This document shows, in pieces, positions 1 through 8,661 of a DNA stretch of 64,000 bases (position 1 is the first letter of the stretch; every line of letters starts with the position of its first letter). Below the pieces are notes generated by a model. The model made no database searches, was not told where the DNA came from, and saw only the letters and a list, made by a program, of their open reading frames with translations. This DNA comes from an uncultured Candidatus Nitrosoarchaeum sp. Its GTDB lineage: Archaea; Thermoproteota; Nitrososphaeria; Nitrososphaerales; Nitrosopumilaceae. The translations under genes were made by a program, and so were the position numbers. The stretch lies in NCBI GenBank assembly GCA_938049695.1, contig CALKVM010000002.1, forward strand, positions 3,516-67,515, written 5' to 3'.

Positions 1-31
1 CATCTAAAAGCAAAACAAAAAACAAATAGAA

Positions 32-145
32 TTAATCCTTACAGTGAGAACATACTATGCCGTGATTATTTTTACAACCTGGACAGCTTACAGCACCACC
101 GTAATGACATTTACATGAACATAATTCTGTCGGATCTTTCTTCAT
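32..145 (-). CDS. possible 37-aa Cys/His-rich small protein (zinc-ribbon or metallothionein-like)
   Basis: Hand-translated ORF below the track cutoff: MKKDPTELCSCKCHYGGAVSCPGCKNNHGIVCSHCKD. It has 7 Cys and 3 His in CxCxC, CxxC and CxxC spacing. ATG at 143-145, stop at 32-34. Confidence 0.3.
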   Translation of the reverse strand: MKKDPTELCSCKCHYGGAVSCPGCKNNHGIVCSHCKD

Positions 146-248
146 ATTCATTAGTATGACTTCTACGTCATGTTAATATTTGACTCTTGCAGTTTTAACT
201 TTGATGAATTGGAACAAATCTTTTAAACTAAATAAGGAAATTATTGTA

Positions 249-698
249 ATGTCTAGAAATGTTATGTTCGCCAGTTTTATTACATCAATATTATTTACTA
301 CTGTTATAGCTAACACAAATTCTTTTGCTGAACCAATTGAATCACAAACAGAAATTACCCCAATTAACAATTCTATGGGAATTGAAAAAACAACTCTTCA
401 CATGTATATCTCTAAAGATAATAAACTACCATGGGGATTTGTTGAAGGAAAAATATCAAATCATGTCGTTGATTACCCTGTAATTATTCAGATTTTTGAT
501 AATGATGAAATCATTACGGGAAACAATATTGGTGCTGTACAATTTGCACAAACTCCAATAAATGAAGATGGTTCATATGAATACAAATTTAGAGTACTTG
601 ATTCAGATAAAGGAAAAATAACCAAAATTTTTGATGGTAGTTATACTGTTAAAATCTTCAAAGTTGTATATCTATATCCTAATCTTGATGCAGTTTAG
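249..698 (+). CDS. secreted hypothetical protein with N-terminal signal peptide
   Basis: ORF 180-698. The internal ATG at 249 gives MSRNVMFASFITSILFTTVIANTNSFA, a typical signal peptide. No recognisable catalytic motif. Confidence 0.55.
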   Translation: MSRNVMFASFITSILFTTVIANTNSFAEPIESQTEITPINNSMGIEKTTLHMYISKDNKLPWGFVEGKISNHVVDYPVIIQIFDNDEIITGNNIGAVQFAQTPINEDGSYEYKFRVLDSDKGKITKIFDGSYTVKIFKVVYLYPNLDAV

Positions 699-1209
699 TA
701 GCCATTTTCAAAGTCTCATCTACTAATTCTCTTAATCTTTTCTTGTCCTCATCATTTGAAATGGTATTTTCTGAGATTGATTCTGTAGTGAGAAACACTG
801 CTTTAGGATTAGTAATTACTCTGAAATATGATAATAATTGAGTGATTAATGTTTGAACATCAATAAATCCAATATTACCTGCAGCTAAAATTACCATTCC
901 AGCTACTTTACCCTCAGTTTTTTTATAATTGATATATTCAAACAGATTTTTCAATGCTGAACTAAAAAATGAATTGTAAATTGGAGATCCAATTAACCAA
1001 ACATCTGCATCTGTGATATCGTTAGCCGCATTTTTTGTATGCTCATTATATTCTTCTTCTGGTCCCTTATAGCATTCAATTTGTCCATCTGAAAGATTAA
1101 TCAATTTAGTATCGACATTTTTTGATTTTGTATATTCAAAAACATATTTCATTATTACCTGAGTATTTCCATTTTTTCTAGGACTGCCTGAAATTATTAC
1201 AACTTTCAT
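679..1209 (-). CDS. NADPH-dependent FMN reductase (flavodoxin-like fold)
   Basis: N-terminus MKVVIISGSPRKNGNT plus PIYNSFFSSALKN, typical of the FMN_red family. Start moved to the ATG at 1209. Confidence 0.8.
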   Translation of the reverse strand: MKVVIISGSPRKNGNTQVIMKYVFEYTKSKNVDTKLINLSDGQIECYKGPEEEYNEHTKNAANDITDADVWLIGSPIYNSFFSSALKNLFEYINYKKTEGKVAGMVILAAGNIGFIDVQTLITQLLSYFRVITNPKAVFLTTESISENTISNDEDKKRLRELVDETLKMATKLHQD

Positions 1210-1269
1210 AATTCTGACCATTTATCTTTGTATTTAAATTGCAATAATATTTTTTCAAAATTTAAAAAC

Positions 1270-1362
1270 GGGCTTGGAGGGCTTCGATCCCTCGACCTGT
1301 AACTTAGGAGGCTACTGCGCTATCCAAGTTTCGCGTCTAAAATGACTCTGCGCCACAAGCCC
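1270..1362 (-). tRNA. tRNA-Arg (anticodon CCT) with an insertion of about 19 nt (putative intron) in the D-loop
   Basis: Minus-strand read: GGGCTTG TG GCGC [29-nt loop] GCGC A GTAGC CTCCTAA GTTAC AGGTC GAGGG ATCGAAG CCCTC CAAGCCC. Acceptor, anticodon and T stems all pair. Anticodon loop CTCCTAA gives CCT. Total 93 nt because the D-loop is oversized. Confidence 0.8.
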
Positions 1363-1386
1363 AGCAAAAAAAATACTTGTAATTAT

Positions 1387-2097
1387 TTAAGCGTAATCAA
1401 GATTAGTTTTGATCATTTCTTGTATTTGATTCCAGCCTGTATTCTTTGTATCTTGCCATTTCTCAAAATACACCACATCCTTAAGATCTAGTCTTGGAAG
1501 CCATCCTGCTGTTTCAAGATCTGGTTTTTGTGCAAATTCATCTACATATCCTAAACAAAGATATGCTATTGGAACAACATGTTCTGGTAATTCTAAAACT
1601 TCTTTGAGAGTATCATTTGAAAGAATGCTGACCCAACCAAGCCCAACTCCTTCTGTTCTTGCAGCAAGCCACAAATTCTGAATAGCACAACATACACTGT
1701 ACAATCCTGCCTCAGGAATACTTGATCTACCAATTACAAATGGACCAAATTTTGAAGGATCATATGTTACACATAGATTGATAGGCGATTCTAAAATTCC
1801 TTCAAGTTTAAATGAAATATATTTTGATCTTTTTGGTTCTTCTACTAATTTTGATGAACGATTTTTTTCTTCCTCGAAAGAATCCTTGATCTTCTTTTTT
1901 GTTATGATATCTTTTATCAAAATAAAATTCCATGGTTGAGAAAAACCAACAGATGGTGCATGATGTGCAGCATTTAAAATTCTAGATAAAATATCATCTT
2001 TGATAGATCTTGAGGTAAAATGAGATCTAACGTCTCTCCTTGAATAAATTGCCTTATAGAGACCTTTTTTTTCCTCATCTGTAAATTCTTCTATCAA
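1387..2097 (-). CDS. bluB: 5,6-dimethylbenzimidazole synthase BluB (nitroreductase fold)
   Basis: Motifs RRDVRSHF, AAHHAPSVGFSQPWNF, KLEGI, AIQNLWLAARTEGVGLGWVS and CLGYVD are colinear with characterised BluB. Confidence 0.88.
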   Translation of the reverse strand: MIEEFTDEEKKGLYKAIYSRRDVRSHFTSRSIKDDILSRILNAAHHAPSVGFSQPWNFILIKDIITKKKIKDSFEEEKNRSSKLVEEPKRSKYISFKLEGILESPINLCVTYDPSKFGPFVIGRSSIPEAGLYSVCCAIQNLWLAARTEGVGLGWVSILSNDTLKEVLELPEHVVPIAYLCLGYVDEFAQKPDLETAGWLPRLDLKDVVYFEKWQDTKNTGWNQIQEMIKTNLDYA

Positions 2098-2180
2098 CTC
2101 TTAGACGTCTTTTTTCTTTTTATTCAATCCTTTCTTTTGTTAAACGTTAATAATGCCTGCACCTAATCTTTTACTTCAAT

Positions 2181-2254
2181 GGGCCGGTAGTCTAGCCGGT
2201 TAGGATACTGCCCCGACATGGCAGTGATCGTGAGTTCGAATCTCACTCGGCCCA
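2181..2254 (+). tRNA. tRNA-Val (anticodon GAC)
   Basis: GGGCCGG TA GTCT AGCCGGTTA GGAT A CTGCC CCGACAT GGCAG TGATC GTGAG TTCGAAT CTCAC TCGGCCC A. This is a clean cloverleaf of 74 nt. Position 33 reads C rather than the usual U. Confidence 0.8.
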
Positions 2255-2264
2255 CTTTTTTAAC

Positions 2265-2759
2265 TTAAGTTGAAGTCTTGAACCCTTTTTCACTTGAACT
2301 CCAAGAAGTTTGTGTGGTTATACTTCCCTCAGCACTAAAACTACTGATATTACCATTCAAAACTGCTTGATATATTTCAGAATTAACATCCGACTTGTTT
2401 AGAATGAATGTATTTTTCAAAGGGATTTCCACTCCTGATAAAAATAATGCTCTACCTGGCATTGAAATATCTTCAGTGGAATATTGACCAGAACCCAATA
2501 ATTGCCCGTCTGCATAAAGTTGGTAACTGATAATTGGAACTGTGAATGTTTTTTCACTTGGATTTTTTACAAGAAAAGTAACTTCTAATTTAGCAGAATT
2601 TTCAATTTTATTAACATCTTTAACCTCAACATTTAGTAGTTTAATTTCAACTTGTTCTAATTCTGAATTATCAAGGCTAGCATACCATATAATTATGCCC
2701 ATCATTCCAAATAATCCTGCAATTGCAGCATAGACTATTATTTTATTTTGTAATGCCAA
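2265..2759 (-). CDS. membrane-anchored LEA_2 / LEA14-like beta-sandwich protein
   Basis: One N-terminal TM helix, then VEIKLLNVEVKDV...LEVTFLVKNPS...ISYQLYADGQLLGSG, the pattern of the LEA_2 (water-stress/hypersensitive response) domain. Confidence 0.55.
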   Translation of the reverse strand: MALQNKIIVYAAIAGLFGMMGIIIWYASLDNSELEQVEIKLLNVEVKDVNKIENSAKLEVTFLVKNPSEKTFTVPIISYQLYADGQLLGSGQYSTEDISMPGRALFLSGVEIPLKNTFILNKSDVNSEIYQAVLNGNISSFSAEGSITTQTSWSSSEKGFKTST

Positions 2760-2840
2760 TGCAACGATATCACATTATGCACAACTAAAAAAGGTTGTCA
2801 AGATCCAAATACATAATATTTGATTTGAAAATGAGATATT

Positions 2841-3338
2841 ATGACTCCATTAGAACAAGCAATAATTTTGTGGATTCATCTTCTTTCAGCTGCTATTTGG
2901 GTAGGAGGTTCACTTTTCATCGGAATTGTTTTTTCACCACTTCTTAAAACAATGTTTGATTCTGTTGAAGAAAGATTACAACTTATGATTAAAGTTGGCA
3001 AAAGATTCAACAAAATCGCTATCCCATCATTAATAATTCTCATTGGTACTGGTTTATACAATTCACATGTGCTTTTGAGTAAACCTAATTTGTTGCTGGC
3101 CACAAGCTATGGTAATTTTCTTATCATTAAGATAATTTTGGTCATTGCATTAATTATTACATATGTAATACATGTAAGAGTCATTAGAAAAGATGTAGAA
3201 GATAAGATAATGTCAAAACAAATGTCTCCTCATGAAATTCAAAAATTAAGAAAAAAAATTATCATTCTTGGAGAAATTACAGTAGTGTTATCCGTAGCGA
3301 TTCTATTTTTTGCGTCATTACTTGATGTTGGTGTTTGA
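2841..3338 (+). CDS. CopD-like integral membrane protein
   Basis: Four predicted TM helices. N-terminus WIHLLSAAIWVGGSLF is typical of the CopD / copper-resistance D family. Confidence 0.6.
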   Translation: MTPLEQAIILWIHLLSAAIWVGGSLFIGIVFSPLLKTMFDSVEERLQLMIKVGKRFNKIAIPSLIILIGTGLYNSHVLLSKPNLLLATSYGNFLIIKIILVIALIITYVIHVRVIRKDVEDKIMSKQMSPHEIQKLRKKIIILGEITVVLSVAILFFASLLDVGV

Positions 3339-4343
3339 GACACCTTCTATTCTAATCTCAAAACCGTCACTTAATTTGCCTATGCCATATTTACAGCCAG
3401 TAATTTTTGAAGTTACAAACAAATTTGTCTCTAGATGTTTTGAAATATTCTTAACTCTAAAAATTGTCATTTCACTAGTAAGGCTTGCTGGTAAAACAAG
3501 CATGTCTGCAAGGCGTTCATCAACCCCAAGATTGTTTTCAGTAAAACTTTCTAGATCTAAATTAAATTTCTCAGTTTTTTTATCAAAAATTGAGTCAATG
3601 CCAATTATTGATTCCTCATCAATACTAAAAATCAACAAAGATGCTCCTGAATCAATTGCGCTTTCTTCATCTATCTGTGTTTGAACAACAAATTTTCTTT
3701 CGGTTAATTTTCTTTCAATACTTTCAACTTGTTTTTTTATCAATTCATCTGGTAAATTAGAAAATGAACAAAATAATTTTACATTTTTTGTTTTTCTTTG
3801 ATACAATGAAATTGGCTTTACATTAGATGGTAAAACATCTAGATTTACTTCTCCGCCACCTTTAGGATAATAACCACGTTTGATTAATTTAATTGAAAAT
3901 TTAATTCCCATCCTTGAATATGCTTCTCTTAAAACATATTGTGTATAGTCAATTGTTGGACTCCACAGAGTATCTGTCCCTCCTTTGATTGTTAAATTTA
4001 ATTTTTTTTGACAAATTGCTGCTACTGGAATCAATACTTGTAGTACTAAAGATATACTTCCAGCTGTTCCAACATCTTCTACTAAATTGCAGCTTTTTAC
4101 ATCTCTTGGAACAAATTTTAAACTTGTTGATCCTATTTTTGCCCCTTCTACATCTGCATCACAAATTTTTTGAAGAATTTTTATCGCTGTAAGATGTTGC
4201 GGTCTTAATCCTGGAATCTTTCTATTTTTTCTAATATTTTCTATAATTATAGGTCGTTTTGTAATACATGATAGTGTTATTGCGGTACGAATTATTTGTC
4301 CTCCACCCTCACCAAATTCACCATTAATTTTTAGAAAATCCAT
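3318..4343 (-). CDS. rtcA: RNA 3'-terminal phosphate cyclase
   Basis: GEFGEGGGQIIRTAITLS...PGLRPQHL...GSISLVLQ are RtcA signature blocks. Length 341 aa. Confidence 0.9.
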   Translation of the reverse strand: MDFLKINGEFGEGGGQIIRTAITLSCITKRPIIIENIRKNRKIPGLRPQHLTAIKILQKICDADVEGAKIGSTSLKFVPRDVKSCNLVEDVGTAGSISLVLQVLIPVAAICQKKLNLTIKGGTDTLWSPTIDYTQYVLREAYSRMGIKFSIKLIKRGYYPKGGGEVNLDVLPSNVKPISLYQRKTKNVKLFCSFSNLPDELIKKQVESIERKLTERKFVVQTQIDEESAIDSGASLLIFSIDEESIIGIDSIFDKKTEKFNLDLESFTENNLGVDERLADMLVLPASLTSEMTIFRVKNISKHLETNLFVTSKITGCKYGIGKLSDGFEIRIEGVSNTNIK

Positions 4344-4408
4344 CTGTTTCTACTCTAATTCAACGCTTTATGATAGTTTTTTAAAAAGAAATTCTCTAAT
4401 CTTTTTGT

Positions 4409-4903
4409 ATGAATGGACTATTAATAGGAAGATTTCAACCATTTCACTTAGGTCATCTTGATGCTTTACGTTTTGCATTATCTAAAGTTGATAAATTATG
4501 GATAGGATTAGGTAGCTCCAACAAACCCTTACAAAAAAACAATCCTTTTTCAGCTGAAGAACGAAAAGAAATGATTTTATCTTCAATTGATGAATCTATG
4601 AAACAAAGAATTCAAATCTATTTTATTCCAGATTTAGAAAATCACATGAAATGGATTGAACTTATTGATTCACTAGTTCCAAAATTTGATACTGTTTTCA
4701 CTAATGATGAATTAACTAGACATCTTTATTCAAAACGTGATGTTGAAGTTTTACCAATACCCTTTGTTAAAAGAGATATTCTTTCTGGAACAAATATTCG
4801 AAATATGATAATAACCGATCAAAAATGGGAGGATCTTGTACCTGAAGGAACAAAAAATTTTTTGTATAAAACTAGTGCCAAGCAACGTTTGAAAAATCTC
4901 TAA
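4409..4903 (+). CDS. nicotinamide-nucleotide adenylyltransferase (archaeal NMNAT)
   Basis: GLLIGRFQPFHLGHL (the (H/T)xGH nucleotidyltransferase motif) and ISGTNIR-like SGTNIRN near the C-terminus. Confidence 0.85.
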   Translation: MNGLLIGRFQPFHLGHLDALRFALSKVDKLWIGLGSSNKPLQKNNPFSAEERKEMILSSIDESMKQRIQIYFIPDLENHMKWIELIDSLVPKFDTVFTNDELTRHLYSKRDVEVLPIPFVKRDILSGTNIRNMIITDQKWEDLVPEGTKNFLYKTSAKQRLKNL

Positions 4904-4945
4904 TTATAAATAAACCCCATGAGAAACTTACGTTAGAGATAAAAA

Positions 4946-6091
4946 TTGGAATACTTGTCAATGCTTCCTGGTCCTACAAATGTACCTAATAGAGTTATGA
5001 GAGCAATGCTTGCCCCCATCATTAATCACCGAAGTGATGATTTTGTTGAATTATACACAGATGTAGTTGAAAAAACACAACAGGTTTTTCACACACAAAA
5101 TGATGTAGTAGCATTATCTGCATCAGGAACTGGAGCAGTTGAAGCAAGTGTAGTAAATATTGTAAAAAAAGGTGATAAAATTATTATTCCTGTTAATGGA
5201 GAATTTAGTAGTAGACTTGCAGAATTAATTGAAGCTCAAGGAGCTCATGTAGTAAAACTTCAAACTCCTCCAGGAGAAAATGCAACTTTTGATCAAATAA
5301 AAGAAGCATTTGATAATAATAAAGATGTTAAAGCATTCTACGTAGTTCACAATGAAACCTCTACTGGAACAATGGTAAATTATCTTGATAGAATATCTGA
5401 TTTAACATCACGTAATGATGCAATGTACATTGTAGATTCTGTTTCTTTACTTGGAGGTGTTAATCTTCCAGTTGACAAATGGAATATTGATGTATGTATG
5501 ACAGGAGCCCAAAAAGCAATTGCTGCACCTCCTGGAATTTCTCCAATATCTGTTAGTCCTAAAGCTAAAAAATACATGATTGCAAATCCACCCACAACAA
5601 TGTACTTTAATTTATCAAGATATTTCAAATATTATGAAGAATCAAAACATACTCCATTCACTCCGGCATTACCTTTACTTTATGCATACAGAGAAGCATT
5701 AACCATTATGTTGGAAGAAGGACTTGAAAATGTATACAAACGTCATAAGGTTTGTTCTGATGCTCTGTATTCTAGTCTAAGTGCAATTGGTCTTACACCG
5801 TTTGCAAAAAAAGAAGATCGTTCAATCTCAATTATTGCATTAAACTATTTGGATGGTTTAGAAGATAAAACTTTTAGAGATACACTAGCTGATAAATTCA
5901 AAGTGTTAGTCGCTGGAGGATTTGGAAATCTTAAAGGTAAAGTATTCAGAGTTGGATGCATGGGCGAAGTTAACAAATATCATGTAATGAGAACAGTCTC
6001 TGCAATTTCATCGACATTAGCTATGATGGGATATGATACTGATGCCCAAGCAGGTCTCAAAACAGCAGAAGAAAAACTCAAAGCTCTCTAA
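4946..6091 (+). CDS. class V pyridoxal-phosphate aminotransferase (serine-glyoxylate / alanine-glyoxylate / phosphoserine type)
   Basis: MLPGPTNVP start region, SGTGAVEA, and GAQKAIAAPPG (PLP lysine context). An alternative ATG start lies at 4961. Confidence 0.85.
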   Translation: MEYLSMLPGPTNVPNRVMRAMLAPIINHRSDDFVELYTDVVEKTQQVFHTQNDVVALSASGTGAVEASVVNIVKKGDKIIIPVNGEFSSRLAELIEAQGAHVVKLQTPPGENATFDQIKEAFDNNKDVKAFYVVHNETSTGTMVNYLDRISDLTSRNDAMYIVDSVSLLGGVNLPVDKWNIDVCMTGAQKAIAAPPGISPISVSPKAKKYMIANPPTTMYFNLSRYFKYYEESKHTPFTPALPLLYAYREALTIMLEEGLENVYKRHKVCSDALYSSLSAIGLTPFAKKEDRSISIIALNYLDGLEDKTFRDTLADKFKVLVAGGFGNLKGKVFRVGCMGEVNKYHVMRTVSAISSTLAMMGYDTDAQAGLKTAEEKLKAL

Positions 6092-6132
6092 TTCATGTTA
6101 ACTTAATATAAGGAAATTCGAGACCGATCACA

Positions 6133-6879
6133 TTGACTTTCAATAAAGGTTCATTGATACTAATAGATTATACTGCTAAGGTTAAAGACAGTACTGAGAT
6201 TTTTGATACCACTATTGAAGAAGATGCAAAAAAACATTCTATTCATGAACAAAATGTAAAATATCAGCCAAAACTTGTTTCAATCGGCGAAGTATCTTAT
6301 CCTGTTCTTAAGGGATTAGATGAAGCACTAGCTAAAACAACAGTTGGAGACAAACTTACAGTTGAAGTCACACCAGACAAGGGATTTGGTGAAAGAGACT
6401 CTGGTAAAGTTAGAATGATTCCTACTCGAAAACTCGGTGAAGATGCAGAAAAAGTTTCTGTAGGAGATACAATTGAAGTTGATAATAAAAGAGGAATTAT
6501 AAGATTTATTGGTTCAGGAAGAGTCCAAATTGACTACAACCATAGATACGCAGGTAAAACAATTCTTTATGATGTTAACGTAGTAAAATCACTTGATTCT
6601 CCAAATGATAAAGTAGATGGAATTCTAAAAAATAGGTTACCATTAGAAGATTCTAAAATTACATTTGAATTAAAGGACAAAGAAGTAAACATTACAATTC
6701 CAGAAGAGATATTGAGAGCAGATGGACTTCAAATAATGAAACATTTCATTCAATTAGATATTTTCAAGTTTGTTCCATCTTTAGAGAAAGTCAACTTTGT
6801 TGAAACACATGTAAACAAACAAACTCAGATAAAGAAAACTGAAACCAAAGAACAAACATCTGAAGTAAAAACAGTTTAA
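6133..6879 (+). CDS. FKBP-type peptidyl-prolyl cis-trans isomerase (long archaeal type)
   Basis: IDYTAKVKD...FDTT...GFGERD...NHRYAGKTILYDV, an FKBP core with IF-insert. TTG start. Confidence 0.8.
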   Translation: MTFNKGSLILIDYTAKVKDSTEIFDTTIEEDAKKHSIHEQNVKYQPKLVSIGEVSYPVLKGLDEALAKTTVGDKLTVEVTPDKGFGERDSGKVRMIPTRKLGEDAEKVSVGDTIEVDNKRGIIRFIGSGRVQIDYNHRYAGKTILYDVNVVKSLDSPNDKVDGILKNRLPLEDSKITFELKDKEVNITIPEEILRADGLQIMKHFIQLDIFKFVPSLEKVNFVETHVNKQTQIKKTETKEQTSEVKTV

Positions 6880-6880
6880 G

Positions 6881-7945
6881 TCAAATTACATTTGTACTCT
6901 TTGCAAGATTCAATGCTTTTCTCTCTGTCATCTCAATTTCTTTTAAAATAGTATATCTTTCAGGTCTTAATTCTTGTGCAATCATAAGAGCAGTAACAAC
7001 TTCATCTGATTTTAACCCGACTTGTTTAGCTGAAGTAGGTGCACCAACATCTTTCAAAGTTTTTGCAATTTTTTTCCAATCTTGACCTTGTAACTTGGCC
7101 ATCATGATAGATCCAATGCCGCATTTTTCTCCATGTAGTCCTCTTCCTGGTGCAATCTTATCTAAAGCATGAGAAAAAAGATGTTCTGCTCCTGAACATG
7201 GTCTACTGCTACCTGCAATACATGATGCAACTCCTGCACTAATCAGCGCTTCGACAATTATCCTTGCATCAAGTCCATTCTTAGCATAATGACTTGAATT
7301 TTCCATAACTATTTTTGCACTCATCAAAGCCAAATCTGCAGAATACCTACCATAATATTCACCAGTTTTTTCATGTCCTAACTGCCAATCTTTAACCGCT
7401 ATAATATTTGCAATAAGATCTCCACAACCACTTGCTAAAAGTTTTGCAGGAGCTTTACGTATAATATCAATATCTACAAAGACTCCTAACGGTGCGGATG
7501 CAACAATCGAATGTGGTTTATCACTAACAACAGAAACAAATGGACTTGCCATTCCATCATGTGATGCAGCTGTTGGCATACTCACAAATGGCTTGTCAAG
7601 ATTATATGCGATCATTTTGGCAGTATCTACAGAACGACCTCCTCCAATACCTGCAATCAGATCACTTTGATCTTTTTTTACATCTTTTTGAATCTGATTG
7701 ATAGCTGTAATTGTATTATCTCCAGACGCATGCCAAACAAATTTTATTTTATTAGATTTTAGTGAATCTTCGATTTTTTTCTTAATGATCTTCTTTACAT
7801 TTGTTCCACTGATCAACGAAACTCTTTTCGGTTTATTGAGCGAATTTACAAATCTCCCAAAATCACCTATATTTTTCTCCCCGATCTCAATGAGCCTAGG
7901 TAATTCCATCGTATGCGATTGCATGCGATCATGACTTTTTGTCAT
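6881..7945 (-). CDS. egsA: NAD(P)-dependent sn-glycerol-1-phosphate dehydrogenase
   Basis: Iron-ADH / glycerol dehydrogenase fold with GIGGGRSVDTAK and HLFSHALD motifs. Length 354 aa, as in archaeal G1PDH. Confidence 0.85.
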   Translation of the reverse strand: MTKSHDRMQSHTMELPRLIEIGEKNIGDFGRFVNSLNKPKRVSLISGTNVKKIIKKKIEDSLKSNKIKFVWHASGDNTITAINQIQKDVKKDQSDLIAGIGGGRSVDTAKMIAYNLDKPFVSMPTAASHDGMASPFVSVVSDKPHSIVASAPLGVFVDIDIIRKAPAKLLASGCGDLIANIIAVKDWQLGHEKTGEYYGRYSADLALMSAKIVMENSSHYAKNGLDARIIVEALISAGVASCIAGSSRPCSGAEHLFSHALDKIAPGRGLHGEKCGIGSIMMAKLQGQDWKKIAKTLKDVGAPTSAKQVGLKSDEVVTALMIAQELRPERYTILKEIEMTERKALNLAKSTNVI

Positions 7946-8021
7946 TATTTATCATTTCAATGAAACAAAAAGTTATTTAAAAGGGTGCCATGCATTTCCT
8001 ATTATCTCTAATAGGTGTATT

Positions 8022-8654
8022 TTGTCAAATAACGTTGAAGAAAAAATTCTGCATGGGACTACCACTGTAGGTATCAAGGCTACCGACGGTGTTGTATTAT
8101 GTGCCGATATGAGAGCCAGCGCAGGATATTTTATTGCAAACAATAACACTATGAAAATTCAAAAAATTGATGAACATGTAGGCTTGACTTTAGCTGGTGG
8201 AGTGGCTGATGCACAAAACATCGTAGATATCCTCCGTTATCATTCAAATCTCCACAGGGTAGAAAAACAACAACCAATTTCAATTCATTCACTAGCTAGA
8301 CTTTGCTCTCTCATATTTCATCAAAATCGTGGTTATCCGTTTATGGCAGATATTCTTGTTGGCGGTTATGATGCAAATGGACCTGCATTATTTAACATCG
8401 ACATGTTTGGCTCAGTTGAAGAAAAATCTTATGTGACAACAGGTAGCGGTTCTCCTGTAGCATATGGTTTGTTAGAAGAAGAATATAGATCTGATCTAAC
8501 AATAGAAGAAGCAAAAAAAATAGCTCTAAGAGCAGTAAAAGCCGCAATAGTTAGAAACATCGGTACTGGTGATGGAATTAACATCGCAGTTATGGATAAA
8601 GACGGATTCCGTCTATTGACTGATGAACAAAAGAAAGCAGTCATCGAACTTTAG
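8022..8654 (+). CDS. psmB: proteasome subunit beta
   Basis: Propeptide followed by HGTTTVGIKATDGVVLCADMRAS (catalytic Thr context) and GSGS. Confidence 0.9.
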   Translation: MSNNVEEKILHGTTTVGIKATDGVVLCADMRASAGYFIANNNTMKIQKIDEHVGLTLAGGVADAQNIVDILRYHSNLHRVEKQQPISIHSLARLCSLIFHQNRGYPFMADILVGGYDANGPALFNIDMFGSVEEKSYVTTGSGSPVAYGLLEEEYRSDLTIEEAKKIALRAVKAAIVRNIGTGDGINIAVMDKDGFRLLTDEQKKAVIEL

Positions 8655-8661
8655 TGATTTA

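Noticed and set aside
1270-2254. The two tRNA genes considered as integration hot spots flanking a mobile element.
   Set aside because: No integrase, direct repeat of a tRNA 3' end or foreign-looking genes are nearby. The gene between them is bluB, a core cobalamin gene.
3310-3684. Plus-strand 124-aa ORF overlapping the 3' part of rtcA.
   Set aside because: It is antisense to a well-supported RtcA frame and has no motifs. The many other antisense track ORFs inside well-supported genes (for example 15237-15584, 16772-17179, 20415-20930 and 51184-51828) were rejected for the same reason.
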